This document shows positions 40,490 through 50,127 of a stretch of 64,000 nt of DNA, piece by piece. Each line of letters opens with the position of its first letter. Position 1 is the first letter of the stretch. The notes beneath the pieces are model-generated. The model ran no database searches. It worked only from the letters and a program-made list of their open reading frames with translations, and was not told the DNA's origin. The DNA is from Pseudomonadota bacterium (GTDB taxonomy: Bacteria > Myxococcota > JACRCW01 > JAFGSX01): NCBI GenBank assembly GCA_043821645.1, contig JBDRCO010000052.1, positions 32,001-96,000 of the forward strand, written 5' to 3'. A program made the translations under genes and the position numbers.

Positions 40490-41536
40490 ATGCAGAGGTG
40501 GTGGATCCTGGTCGTGCTGTCGACGTGGCTGCTCGCCTGCCCACGCCAGCAGGCCGCTCCCGAGGAGCTGCACGTGGTCACGCGCAGCGAAGAACACATG
40601 TCGACCTACGTGACCATCTCGGTGGCGGCGCCGAGGGGCGCCTCACCCGACGAGGCCATCACCGCCGCCTTTGCCGAGGTGGCGCGGCTGTCGGACACGC
40701 TCAGCGAGTGGCGTGAGCACAGTGAGATCTCCACGGTCAACGCTCAGGCCGGGGGTGCCCCGGTGGTGGTCAGCGCCGAGCTGTACCGGGTCATCCAGGC
40801 CGCGCACGCGGTCTCCGTCGACACCGAGGGCGCCTTCGATATCACCTTCAACGCCCTGTGGGGCCTGTGGGACTTCAAGGCTCCCAACCCCCGGGTGCCC
40901 ACACCCGAGGAGATCGCTCCACGCGTCGCCCTTGTCGACTATCGCCAGGTCACTCTCGACGACACCACCCACAGCGTGCGCCTCGGGAAACCTGGCATGA
41001 AAATGGGGCTCGGCGGCATCGCCAAGGGGTACATCGTGGACCGCGCCAGTGCCCTGCTCAGGGCCCGCGGCTTCACCAACCATCTCGTGAACGCCGGCGG
41101 CGATCTCTACGCCTCGGGGACCCGGGGGGACCGCAAGTGGCGGATCGGCGTCCGGGACCCCGGCACCAAGCAGATCTATGCCACGCTCGAGGTTCAGGAC
41201 CGAGGGCTTGCCACCAGCGGCAACTACGAGCGCTTCTTCATCAAGGACGGCCTGCGCTATCACCACATCCTGGACCCGAAGACGGGCATGCCCACGCGGG
41301 GCATCGCGTCGTCGACGGTGCTGGCGCCGGATGCCATGACCGCGGACGCCTATGCCACCGCGGTGTTCGTCCTGGGTGTTGACCGCTCACTGGCCCTGGC
41401 ACCCCGCAAGGGACTCGAGTTGCTGCTGTTCGACGAGGCCTTCCACACGCGCAGCACACCGGGCATGCCGGCGTTGCTCACTCTCATCGCCGAGGACGCC
41501 GGCTCGCCCGACCAGGACGAGAACAGGGCGCATTAG
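40490..41536 (+). CDS. apbE: FAD:protein FMN transferase (lipoprotein)
   Basis: Lipobox LLAC, GAFDIT, LGGIAKGY, VNAGGD, ATSGNYERF, YHHILDPKTG and ADAYATA. Confidence 0.96.
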   Translation: MQRWWILVVLSTWLLACPRQQAAPEELHVVTRSEEHMSTYVTISVAAPRGASPDEAITAAFAEVARLSDTLSEWREHSEISTVNAQAGGAPVVVSAELYRVIQAAHAVSVDTEGAFDITFNALWGLWDFKAPNPRVPTPEEIAPRVALVDYRQVTLDDTTHSVRLGKPGMKMGLGGIAKGYIVDRASALLRARGFTNHLVNAGGDLYASGTRGDRKWRIGVRDPGTKQIYATLEVQDRGLATSGNYERFFIKDGLRYHHILDPKTGMPTRGIASSTVLAPDAMTADAYATAVFVLGVDRSLALAPRKGLELLLFDEAFHTRSTPGMPALLTLIAEDAGSPDQDENRAH

Positions 41537-41596
41537 AAAACCCCTCCTCGACAATCCTCTGCGCGGCCCCGGGTGAGCTGCGATAAGCTCGTCGTC

Positions 41597-43291
41597 ATGG
41601 CTGCCACCGCTCTCCCGGGCTGCTCGACACCACATGCCGATGAGGAGCGCCAGCGCTCGCCGGGCGCTGCTCCCTGGTGGCTGTGGTTGCTGGGTCTAGG
41701 TCTGGGCGCCGTGCACCTGCTGGCCCACCTCGGAGCGCAGGCCACCGAGGCTCCACCCGCGCTCGTGTATGTGGGCTTCGTGCACATGGTGCCGGATCAC
41801 GCCAGCTATCTGGGCTTCGCGGACCAGGCTCGGCGGACCGGGGACCTCGCCCTGCGGGACCCCTTCACCACCTTGCCCCAGCACGGGCGCTTCGTGATGG
41901 CCTTCTTCTGGCTGGTGGGTCTGCTGGCGCGCCTCACCGCTGGCGACGTGCTCCTGGCCTGGTATCTGCTCGTTCCCCTGTGTTCGCTGGCCCTGGTGTG
42001 GGTGCTGTGGTGGCTGACCGGCCTGCTGTTCCAGGATCCTGGCTGGCGGCGCGTGGCTGTTCTTCTGTGCAGTCTCGGCGGGGGGCTGGGCTGGCTGGGC
42101 AAGCTGCTGAGTGCCGGGCTGGCCTCCCGGGAGGTCGTGGCCTTCGAGTGGAACTGGTCGCTGTTCGGCGCGGCCCTGGTTCCCACCTGGACCCTGGCAC
42201 ACGCCCTGCTCGCTGCTGCAGCGGGGTTGGTGCTGCAGGGGTGGACAACGCCTGACGCGGGGCCGTCGACGCGGCGTGCGTTGCTGCGCTGGCTGCGCAT
42301 TCCTGTACTTCTGCTCTGTGCCTTTCTGGTTCACCCCTACACGGGGCTCGCCGGCCTCGCGATCGTGGGGACGCTAGCGCTCACCGGATGCCTGGCCACG
42401 AATCGGCAGCGCTCCTTGCTGCAACAGCTCGAACCCCTGGCTGCCGTGCTCATCGCAGGCGGATTTATCGCGGTGCTGGGGCTGTGGGCCCGCGGTGACG
42501 ACGTGTACCGCGCCACCACGGGGAATCTCTTCACCTGGACGGAACACTACTCCCCGGTCTGGTATCCCCTGATGTACGGGGTGCCGCTGCTGCTGGCGGT
42601 GCTCGGTGGGCACAGCGCGCTTTGGGATCCCACGGCGTGGACGCTTCGCGGTGTACTGGTGTGGTGCCTGGTCGCGATGGCGCTCTCCAACATGTGGTTC
42701 CTTCCCGGGGTGAAGTTCCAGTTTCTCGTATTCCTGCCTCTCGGCCTGCTGGCGACCCAGGGTCTGCGTGTCGTCGTCGGTCGCTGGCCCTGGCTGGCGA
42801 CGGGAGAACGTCGCCACGTGCTGGCTCTTGGTCTGGCGCTCGGCATCGCCGGCGGACCACTCCCCGACGCCCTGCGCGGGATCATTCCGGCGCCGGGCAT
42901 GCGCATCCACGTCAGTCAACCCCAGCTCGATCTCCTCGCAGCCTTGCAGCAGCTGCCCGACGGCGGAGTACTGGCCCCCCCCGCGGCCGCCATCCTGGTG
43001 CCCTGGAAGGCGAGTAAGCCGGTGTTCGACGGACACTGGTTCCTGAGTCCGCATCACGAGCGCAATCTCGACGACCTGCGGCGCTTCTACCAGGCCGACA
43101 CCCCTGTGGCCTGGAAGGTGGAGTTCCTGGCCCGCGCGCACGTGCGCTACCTGCTCGAAGACCCCTGGAGCACTGGTTCCATCCCGTCGCGCATCGGTCC
43201 CTACGCGGTCCGCGAGCATTTTCGCAATGCCTTCGGACGGGTGCTCGAGCTGGTGGTGGATGAAGGTTCGCACGAGGGTGTGCAACCATGA
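41597..43291 (+). CDS. Polytopic membrane protein, probable GT-C-fold glycosyltransferase
   Basis: More than 10 TM segments; loop D..SY...DPFT; HPY; C-terminal GHW and VRYLL. Confidence 0.65.
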   Translation: MAATALPGCSTPHADEERQRSPGAAPWWLWLLGLGLGAVHLLAHLGAQATEAPPALVYVGFVHMVPDHASYLGFADQARRTGDLALRDPFTTLPQHGRFVMAFFWLVGLLARLTAGDVLLAWYLLVPLCSLALVWVLWWLTGLLFQDPGWRRVAVLLCSLGGGLGWLGKLLSAGLASREVVAFEWNWSLFGAALVPTWTLAHALLAAAAGLVLQGWTTPDAGPSTRRALLRWLRIPVLLLCAFLVHPYTGLAGLAIVGTLALTGCLATNRQRSLLQQLEPLAAVLIAGGFIAVLGLWARGDDVYRATTGNLFTWTEHYSPVWYPLMYGVPLLLAVLGGHSALWDPTAWTLRGVLVWCLVAMALSNMWFLPGVKFQFLVFLPLGLLATQGLRVVVGRWPWLATGERRHVLALGLALGIAGGPLPDALRGIIPAPGMRIHVSQPQLDLLAALQQLPDGGVLAPPAAAILVPWKASKPVFDGHWFLSPHHERNLDDLRRFYQADTPVAWKVEFLARAHVRYLLEDPWSTGSIPSRIGPYAVREHFRNAFGRVLELVVDEGSHEGVQP

Positions 43292-45597
43292 CGTCTTCAG
43301 CAACGCGCCCGGGTGGTGGCTGGATCCGTCGCGCACTCCTCGTTGCGGGGATAGGTCTCGCAACCAGCGCTGGCATGGCCCTCGCGCAGTGGTGGTTCGG
43401 GTGGGCTCGTCAACCGGGTGCGCTGCAGCAGAGCGTCCCTCTCGAGGCTTCGACGCTCCTTGCCCAGCCCCTGGTCCTGCCAGGGTCCGGGCTCGACAGG
43501 CTGGGTCTGGTCGTGAGCAAGCAGGGCGATCCCTGGCCTGCCACCCTGCAGCTCATCCTCCTCGACGGTGATTCCATCCCTCGCGACCAGCGGGAACTCA
43601 CCCGGCGCACCCGTGCCGAGTTCCTGCTGCGCGTCGGCGGCGATGCAGACCGTCGTCCCATCTGGCGGCCCCTGGAGAACGCCCTGAGCACGGACCTCAA
43701 CCAGCACATGCTGCTCCTCGTGGTGCGCAGGGACGCGCGGAGCTCCTCGGTGAGGCTCTGGCTGGGAGATGGCCAGCAGACCACTCCGTCGACGGCAAGC
43801 CTGCTGAGAGCCGGGCCAGGTGGCGAACTGCAAGCGACGGCGCTCGGGTCGGGCCTCGCACTGAGCGCGGGGTCTGTACCTTCGAGGGGACTGCGACAGC
43901 TGGCCTGGCTGGGCCTGTGGGTGTACGGGGCACTGGTGCTGGTGCTGGTGTGGCTGGGCAGGGCGCCGGCTGAAAAGGTGTCAGGGGCGACGGACGTGGC
44001 GTCCCCCGGGGATCGAAGGCTAGAGCGGCTGGCGGATCTGGTGGTGCTGCTTGCCCTGGTACTGGTGGTGGTGGGCACCGCCCGCACCGGTGTGGCCTGG
44101 GACGAGCAGGGGCTGGCAGCCTACGGTGGTTTCCTGGTCGAGTACTACGCGCGCTGGTTCCCCGATGCGGCCATCGTCGACCACTATCCCCTGTTCAACC
44201 TGCACCTGTACGGAGGTGCCTTCGAGCTCCTGCTCGCCGCGCTCGACCCGCAGATGCCCGGGTCGCCCTATGACATCCGTCACCTGCTGACAGGCTTGTG
44301 TGGGGTCGCCGGTCTCCTCGTCACGCGGGGCCTGGCGCGGCGCCTGGGCGGTCCTCGCGTGGCACTCTGGGCCGTGATCCTGCTGGCGATGCTGCCGTCG
44401 TGGAACGGACACTGGCTCAACAACACCAAGGATCTCCCCTTCGCCGTGGGCTGCACCTGGTCGCTGCTGGTGCTGGTCGACCTCGTGCAGAGCCTTCCCG
44501 AGGCGCCACCGCGCAGGGTCCTGCACCTCGGGCTCGCCATGGGCCTCAGCATGGGTGTGCGGGTGGCGGGGCTCATGCTCCCGGGGCTGTTGTTCCTCGT
44601 CATCCTGGGCTGGTGCCTGGTGTCCTGTTGGAAGCGGCGTGAACTGGGGTCGGCCGTCCGCCTGCTCGGTCGCCTTGCGGGGACGACCCTGCTGCCTGCC
44701 ACGCTCCTCGCCTATGCGTTGATGGTGTTTCTCTGGCCGTGGGCGCAGCAGGCAGTGCTGAGTCATCCCCTGCAGGCCCTGTTCACCTTCGGCGGCTTCT
44801 CGGACTACACCGACCGCGTGCTGGTGGCGGGGCAGTCCGTTCTCGCCACCGAGGTTCCTCGCAGCTACCAGTTGCTGTACCTGGTGGCCAAGCTGCCGGA
44901 GCTTCATCTGGCGCTGCTGGTGGCCACACTCCTCGTGGGCGGACTGGTGTTCTGGCGCGATCGAACGACTCTGGACCGTCGACATGGCGCCTGGGCGGTG
45001 GTGGCGGGTCTGGTCGTGCTCCCACTGCTCGCGGCGTGGCTGCTGCGGCCCACCATGTACGATGGCCTCCGGCAGTCGCTGTTCGTGCTTCCGGCCAGTT
45101 GCGTCCTCGCGGCGGGAACCCTGGACGGGCTGCTGGTCAGGCTGTGGAGTCGATCGAGGTCCGCATGCATTGCCCCGGCGCTGCTGCTCCTCGTCGCTGT
45201 CGGAGACCTGGGCCTGGCGACGGCGCGCTTGTTCCCCTACCAGTACATCTATTACAACCACCTCGTGGGCGGTGTGGAGGGTGCGCAGGATCGCTACGAA
45301 CTCGACTACTGGGGCCTGTGCTACCGGGAAGCCGTGCAGGACCTGCAGCAGGTTCTCGAGCAGCGCGCCGTTGCTCTCGACCCGCAGCGACCCGTGCGGG
45401 TGGCCAGCTGTGGTGAACGCAGCTCCTCGGAGGTCTTCTTCCCGACCTCCCTGGCCTGGGTTCGCACTCCGGAGTCTGCGGATTTCGTGCTCACGCACCG
45501 TCGACAGAACTGTCCGTGGCAGGACCTCGGTCACAGCGTTGGCACGGTTCAGCGCATGGGTGTGCGGCTGTGCGACCTGCGCGAGGTGACCCCGTGA
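43288..45597 (+). CDS. GT39/ArnT-PMT-like membrane glycosyltransferase with N-terminal periplasmic domain
   Basis: WDE in the first loop, NNTKDLPFA, MYDGLR and YELDYWG; ATGA overlap. Confidence 0.8.
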   Translation: MTSSATRPGGGWIRRALLVAGIGLATSAGMALAQWWFGWARQPGALQQSVPLEASTLLAQPLVLPGSGLDRLGLVVSKQGDPWPATLQLILLDGDSIPRDQRELTRRTRAEFLLRVGGDADRRPIWRPLENALSTDLNQHMLLLVVRRDARSSSVRLWLGDGQQTTPSTASLLRAGPGGELQATALGSGLALSAGSVPSRGLRQLAWLGLWVYGALVLVLVWLGRAPAEKVSGATDVASPGDRRLERLADLVVLLALVLVVVGTARTGVAWDEQGLAAYGGFLVEYYARWFPDAAIVDHYPLFNLHLYGGAFELLLAALDPQMPGSPYDIRHLLTGLCGVAGLLVTRGLARRLGGPRVALWAVILLAMLPSWNGHWLNNTKDLPFAVGCTWSLLVLVDLVQSLPEAPPRRVLHLGLAMGLSMGVRVAGLMLPGLLFLVILGWCLVSCWKRRELGSAVRLLGRLAGTTLLPATLLAYALMVFLWPWAQQAVLSHPLQALFTFGGFSDYTDRVLVAGQSVLATEVPRSYQLLYLVAKLPELHLALLVATLLVGGLVFWRDRTTLDRRHGAWAVVAGLVVLPLLAAWLLRPTMYDGLRQSLFVLPASCVLAAGTLDGLLVRLWSRSRSACIAPALLLLVAVGDLGLATARLFPYQYIYYNHLVGGVEGAQDRYELDYWGLCYREAVQDLQQVLEQRAVALDPQRPVRVASCGERSSSEVFFPTSLAWVRTPESADFVLTHRRQNCPWQDLGHSVGTVQRMGVRLCDLREVTP

Positions 45598-47396
45598 GCG
45601 TGGCGAACTCCGTCCTGCGGCCGAGCTGGAGCGCGCGCCTCCTGTGGTGGCTCATCCCCCTCGTCGTGGCGCTGTGGGCTGGCTGGGATCTGCTGGCACC
45701 CTGGGACGTCAACGGGCACAGCGTCTACCTCAACCACATCCGTCTGGTGGCTCTCGAGGCGACCCTGCGCGAGGGCGGTCTCTCCCTGCGCTGGCTGCCC
45801 CAGCTGTACTTCGGCCACGGCTCGCCGCTGTTCAACTACGTCGCGCCCTTGCCGACCCTGCTGGCCCTGGTCCTCGTGTGGATGGGCCTCAGCGCCAGCA
45901 TGGCCATCAAGCTCGTCTACCTCGGGGCCTTGCTCGGAGCGGCCCTCTCCACGGCCTGGCTGGCCCGCATCCTTGCTGGACCCTGGGCGGGCCTCGGTGC
46001 GGGCGTTCTCGTCGTGCTGGCTCCCTACGCGCTGGTCAACGTGTATGTCCGCGCGCAATTTGGCGAGCCCGTGGCTCTGGCACTGGCCCCACTGGCTCTC
46101 GTCGCCGTGCATCGTCTCGACGGCCCCAGACCCTGGCGCAGCGTCGCCCTGGGGGCGTGCGCGGTCGGCCTGCTCGTGCTCAGTCACAACATCGCCGCCC
46201 TCATGCTCTTCGCACTGGTTGCGGCCGCGGTGGCCGCCAAGATCTGGGCACATCCTCGTCGTGAACTCGTGCTGCGGGGGGCCGTTTTCCTGGGCCTCGG
46301 GCTCGGGCTCTCGGCCTGGCTGTGGCTTCCGGCCCTGGCGGAGACCTCGGCGGTGCAGGCCCGGGCCGCTCTCACCTCGGGACCCTTTGCCTATGACCTC
46401 CACTTCGTCACCTTCGGCCAGCTGCTCGGCGACAGCTGGGGTTACGGTGTCAGCGGACCCGGGGATCAGGACTCCATGCCCTTGCAAGCCGGGCGTGCGC
46501 TGCTCCTGCTGTGGGCTGCGGGCGCCCTGCTGACCGCGCGACGCTGGCGAGAGACGCCGGCGCTGGCACGCGTGATGGTGCTGGCGGCGCCCGTGGCGCT
46601 GTTCCTGACCACGGCGGCCTCGGCACCGTTGTGGCGCCATGTCCCCTTGCTGCCCTTCATGCAGTTTCCGTGGCGGTTTCTCCTGCTGTTCTGTCTGGCC
46701 GCGGCGGTCACCGCCGGTCTGGCGCTCGGGGATCTGGCCGGGCGTCTGCATCCCCCCTGGCGCGAGATCGTGCTTGGCCTCACGGTAGTTCTGATCGTCG
46801 TCATGAGTCAGCACCAGGTCAACGCGATGTACCTTCGCTTCAACCTGGCCACCCATGAGTCCGCCATCTTCGTCAAAAACAATGGTCCCAGCATCGACCA
46901 GGACCCAAACCTCGTTCCCATCGGCGAGGTGTACACCGCTTCGAACATCGTGCGGCTCGGAGTCTCGGCCACCATCGGTGACGACTACTTGCCGCGCGCC
47001 GTCGAGGACAAGCCCAGGGCACCTTCGTCGCAACCTGTCGAGGTGATCGCGGGTGCCTTGCAGGTCATTTCGGGGAATTCGGCGCCCCAGCGACACAGCG
47101 CGGTGCTGCGTGTCGACCAGGATGCGCGCCTGCGCTTTCCGCTGTTTTACTTCCCGGGCTGGATCGCACGTCTCGACGGCACCGAGATTCCCGTCGAGGT
47201 CGAGCCGCGCTCCGGGTGCATCGTGATCGACGTTCCCCGAGGTGAGCACGAGCTGGTGCTGCAGTTTGCGAGCACACCGCTGCGCTCGGTCTCGACGCTG
47301 CTGTCGCTGCTAGCTGGGATGGCGGTGCTGGTGCTGCTGCTGGGCTCCTGGTGGGCATGCAGGCGTCGAGCGATCACTCCCGCACCGGTGGCGTGA
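45594..47396 (+). CDS. PTPS-related/YfhO-like membrane protein (GT-C-like)
   Basis: RWLPQLYFGHGSPLFNY, LSHN, WLPA, QFPWRFL and YFPGW.A.LDG; GTGA overlap. Confidence 0.8.
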   Translation: MSVANSVLRPSWSARLLWWLIPLVVALWAGWDLLAPWDVNGHSVYLNHIRLVALEATLREGGLSLRWLPQLYFGHGSPLFNYVAPLPTLLALVLVWMGLSASMAIKLVYLGALLGAALSTAWLARILAGPWAGLGAGVLVVLAPYALVNVYVRAQFGEPVALALAPLALVAVHRLDGPRPWRSVALGACAVGLLVLSHNIAALMLFALVAAAVAAKIWAHPRRELVLRGAVFLGLGLGLSAWLWLPALAETSAVQARAALTSGPFAYDLHFVTFGQLLGDSWGYGVSGPGDQDSMPLQAGRALLLLWAAGALLTARRWRETPALARVMVLAAPVALFLTTAASAPLWRHVPLLPFMQFPWRFLLLFCLAAAVTAGLALGDLAGRLHPPWREIVLGLTVVLIVVMSQHQVNAMYLRFNLATHESAIFVKNNGPSIDQDPNLVPIGEVYTASNIVRLGVSATIGDDYLPRAVEDKPRAPSSQPVEVIAGALQVISGNSAPQRHSAVLRVDQDARLRFPLFYFPGWIARLDGTEIPVEVEPRSGCIVIDVPRGEHELVLQFASTPLRSVSTLLSLLAGMAVLVLLLGSWWACRRRAITPAPVA

Positions 47397-48945
47397 AGCT
47401 GGGCGTTGGCCGCTCGCGCAGCACCGTGGGCTGGCCCCGGCCATGAGCAAATGTCTTGAGCGCCGGCTCGCCGTACACGATCTTGCGGCAGGCGTTCTCG
47501 CACAGGCCACACCCCATGCAGCGCACGTAGTCCACGGCGGCAGGCCGGAGCGGGCGATCCGGGCGTGCAGCCTCGATGACGAAGGCCTTGGTCGGGCAGA
47601 TCTCGATGCACTTGCGGCAGGCCAGGTTGTCCGTGTACGAGATGCAGCGATCCTTCTCGAGAACGGCCGTGCCCATCTTGACCGACCACTTGTCGGTCTC
47701 GCGCTTGTCGAAGCGCGGGATGGCATCGCTGGGGCAGACTTCGCCGCAGGCATTGCAGTCCGCCCGGCATCCCCCCACCTCGGGTGTGATGGCAGGGGTC
47801 CACAGACCGGCCAGGCCAGCCTCCAGATGCGTGAGCTGCAGGGTCTGGGTCGGGCAGGCCTGCACACACATGCCACAGCGCACGCACTGGTCCAGGAAGG
47901 TGTCCTCGTCGAGCACGCGCGGTGGTCGCACCAGGGTGTTGGGATCCCCACGGTGGTAAGCCGCGAACGCGGTCAAGGGAGCCAGCGCCACGCCCGTGGC
48001 TCCGGCCACCAGAAAGGAGCGGCGGCCAAGCTCGAGCGGGCGGTCGACCTTGTGGCGCCCTGGACTCATCCAGTCGAAGCGGATGGCCTGCACGTGACAG
48101 AAGTCGCGGCCGCTCATGCAGCGGATGCACTCGTGGTTGAGTGTGAATTGGGGGTTCGAGGGCACCGCACCCATGCGGCATTCGCGAATGCATTGCTTGC
48201 CCGCGGCAAGCGCGTGGCATCCGTCGCAGCCCTTGACGCGCCGACGGAGCAAGGGGACGCGCGCGAGCAGGCCGTAGAAGGCCCCCAGCGGACACAGGTA
48301 GCGACAGTAGAAGCGGGGGCTGAGCGCGGTCAGGCCGAGCACGGTGAGCAGCAAGGCCAGGGGCAGGAAGGCGATGCCGTGGTACGGCGTGTGCCAGGTC
48401 CCGGGCAGCGCGTCGTCGGGCAGCACGGCAGTGAACGCTGGCCACAAGCCCCCTGCGGTGGCGCGAAAGAGCAGCACCAGCGGATCCAGCAGGTAGATCC
48501 ACTGCGACGACAGCAGGGCGCCGATCACCACGACCGTGAGCAGCACATACTTCCAGTGCTGCATGCGCTGGTGCTGGGCGAGGCTGAAGCGGGACTCGGG
48601 GGGGCGCAGGACCCTGGCCATGCCGTCGAGCAGGGTTCCCAGCGGACACAGCCAGCCGCAAAAAGCGCGACCCACGACCAGGGTCATGACGACGAGGACC
48701 AGCGAGCCCAGCAAGGTCGGGACCCACACCAGGGCCGAACCCATGGTGAGCAACGCGACCAGCGGATCGCTGATCAGAAACAGGTCTGTGCGCAGCGGCG
48801 AGGCGACGGGATCCCGCACCCAGAGGAACAGTGCGATCCACAGCAGCAGACTCAGCACTTGCGACAGGCGGCGCACCTGGCGCCATCCGGATCGGGTGGT
48901 CACCGTCGGCGGCGGATGGGGGCGGGCCTGGGCAGCAGCGGCCAT
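47374..48945 (-). CDS. NapH/MauN-like membrane Fe-S domain fused to NapG/MauM-like polyferredoxin
   Basis: FCGWLCPLG, YCRYLCPLG, CVRCGMCVQACP, CNACGEVCP, CRKCIEICP and CMGCGLCENAC. Confidence 0.9.
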   Translation of the reverse strand: MAAAAQARPHPPPTVTTRSGWRQVRRLSQVLSLLLWIALFLWVRDPVASPLRTDLFLISDPLVALLTMGSALVWVPTLLGSLVLVVMTLVVGRAFCGWLCPLGTLLDGMARVLRPPESRFSLAQHQRMQHWKYVLLTVVVIGALLSSQWIYLLDPLVLLFRATAGGLWPAFTAVLPDDALPGTWHTPYHGIAFLPLALLLTVLGLTALSPRFYCRYLCPLGAFYGLLARVPLLRRRVKGCDGCHALAAGKQCIRECRMGAVPSNPQFTLNHECIRCMSGRDFCHVQAIRFDWMSPGRHKVDRPLELGRRSFLVAGATGVALAPLTAFAAYHRGDPNTLVRPPRVLDEDTFLDQCVRCGMCVQACPTQTLQLTHLEAGLAGLWTPAITPEVGGCRADCNACGEVCPSDAIPRFDKRETDKWSVKMGTAVLEKDRCISYTDNLACRKCIEICPTKAFVIEAARPDRPLRPAAVDYVRCMGCGLCENACRKIVYGEPALKTFAHGRGQPTVLRERPTPSFTPPVRE

Positions 48946-49632
48946 CTACTTGCCGCCGGCCTTGGCTGCCTTTTCCTCGTCGGTGAGCAGTTCTCCACTC
49001 TCGATGGCCTTCTGGATCTGGGCCTGCACGGCAGCCCTGGCCTTCCGCACATCCTCGGACACGGCCACGGGTGCACCGCCGCCAAAGAACAGGTTATGCA
49101 GTGAGACGGCCTTGCGGGTGGCTGTGGCCGTGGCTTCCGCCGAGTAGGTGGCGCCGGTGACACTGTCGACGTCGGCCTTGACGGTCAGCGGGTCCTGGTG
49201 CGTCTTCTTCCGGAACTGCTTGAGAAAGCCCTTCTTGTTGATGGGGAAGGATCGCGGGCACGACAGCTCGACGATCACCGTCTCCTGAACCACGCCCGCC
49301 GCATCCATGCCGATGGCGTACTTGTGAAAGCACGTTCCGAACACCTCGGGTACCACGAAGACGTAGGCCAGATCCTCACCGCCCGAGCTGCGTCCGACGT
49401 AGAACACGTAGCTCGGTTCCTCGGCCTTCCAGCCATAGTCCTCGAGCAGGCGTTGCCGCTGTGCCGCGCTGGGCGTCTTGGTGACCTTGACGATCTTGGA
49501 ACCCTTGGGTGTGAAGGTCTTGACGGCTTGTTCCAGTGACATGTACTTGACCGCGGCTGCCGTCGACGACAGATGCACGCCAACCAGGGCCGTGACAGCG
49601 CACAGCGCTCCGCGAAGAACGTTCGAATTCAT
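48946..49632 (-). CDS. Exported FMN-binding (flavinylated) protein
   Basis: Signal peptide; FLKQF and VDSVTGATYS (TGAT flavinylation motif). Confidence 0.9.
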   Translation of the reverse strand: MNSNVLRGALCAVTALVGVHLSSTAAAVKYMSLEQAVKTFTPKGSKIVKVTKTPSAAQRQRLLEDYGWKAEEPSYVFYVGRSSGGEDLAYVFVVPEVFGTCFHKYAIGMDAAGVVQETVIVELSCPRSFPINKKGFLKQFRKKTHQDPLTVKADVDSVTGATYSAEATATATRKAVSLHNLFFGGGAPVAVSEDVRKARAAVQAQIQKAIESGELLTDEEKAAKAGGK

Positions 49633-50018
49633 CTCTTCTCCTCGACCTTGCCTCGCCAGCGCACCTGGCCGGCGATGAGCACGAGACCGAGCGCGGGTAG
49701 CACCAGCAGCCAGGGCCTGGTCACGTTCTCGGGAAATCCCGCGTTCGGTCCAGCCTCCACCGGGGCCGGGTCATCGGCAAAGACGACTTCTTCCTCGCTG
49801 TCCTTGCCCGGGACCGGGTCCGCCTGACCTTGCGCCGTGCCCTCGTCGTCGAACACCGCTTCTTCTTCGACGGTCTCCTCGACGGCCTGTGCGGGAGAGG
49901 CTCCCCCCGTCGTCGCCGGCTCGGCGTCCTGGCTCCAGGCAGGTGCAGCCAGCAGGATGGCGCACAGCACGAGCCCATCGGCGGTGTAAAGGGTGGTCTG
50001 ATGACGACGAGAATTCAT
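49629..50018 (-). CDS. Small exported acidic protein with C-terminal membrane anchor
   Basis: Signal peptide ending AWSQ, D/E-rich middle, PWLLVLPALGLVLIAG plus basic tail; ATGA overlap with the FMN-binding gene. Confidence 0.75.
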   Translation of the reverse strand: MNSRRHQTTLYTADGLVLCAILLAAPAWSQDAEPATTGGASPAQAVEETVEEEAVFDDEGTAQGQADPVPGKDSEEEVVFADDPAPVEAGPNAGFPENVTRPWLLVLPALGLVLIAGQVRWRGKVEEKR

Positions 50019-50024
50019 GTTCCC

Positions 50025-50053
50025 ACGCTACCCGCGCCTCGGTGTCCCGTCAA
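50025..50053 (-). promoter_or_regulatory. Sigma70-like promoter, probably leaderless transcript
   Basis: TTGACG-N17-TAGCGT ends 6 nt before ATG at 50018; no SD sequence. Confidence 0.5.
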
Positions 50054-50127
50054 TGTGAACACAGACCCGCTCGAACACGGGATGACACAAGTCAGACCCT
50101 GGCCGTGCCCCGGATCCCGGGAGCCCG

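Noticed and set aside
49895-49920. TTGGAS in the small acidic protein as a flavinylation site
   Set aside because: It lacks the D-x-x-(S/T)-G-A-(S/T) context and lies in a disordered segment.
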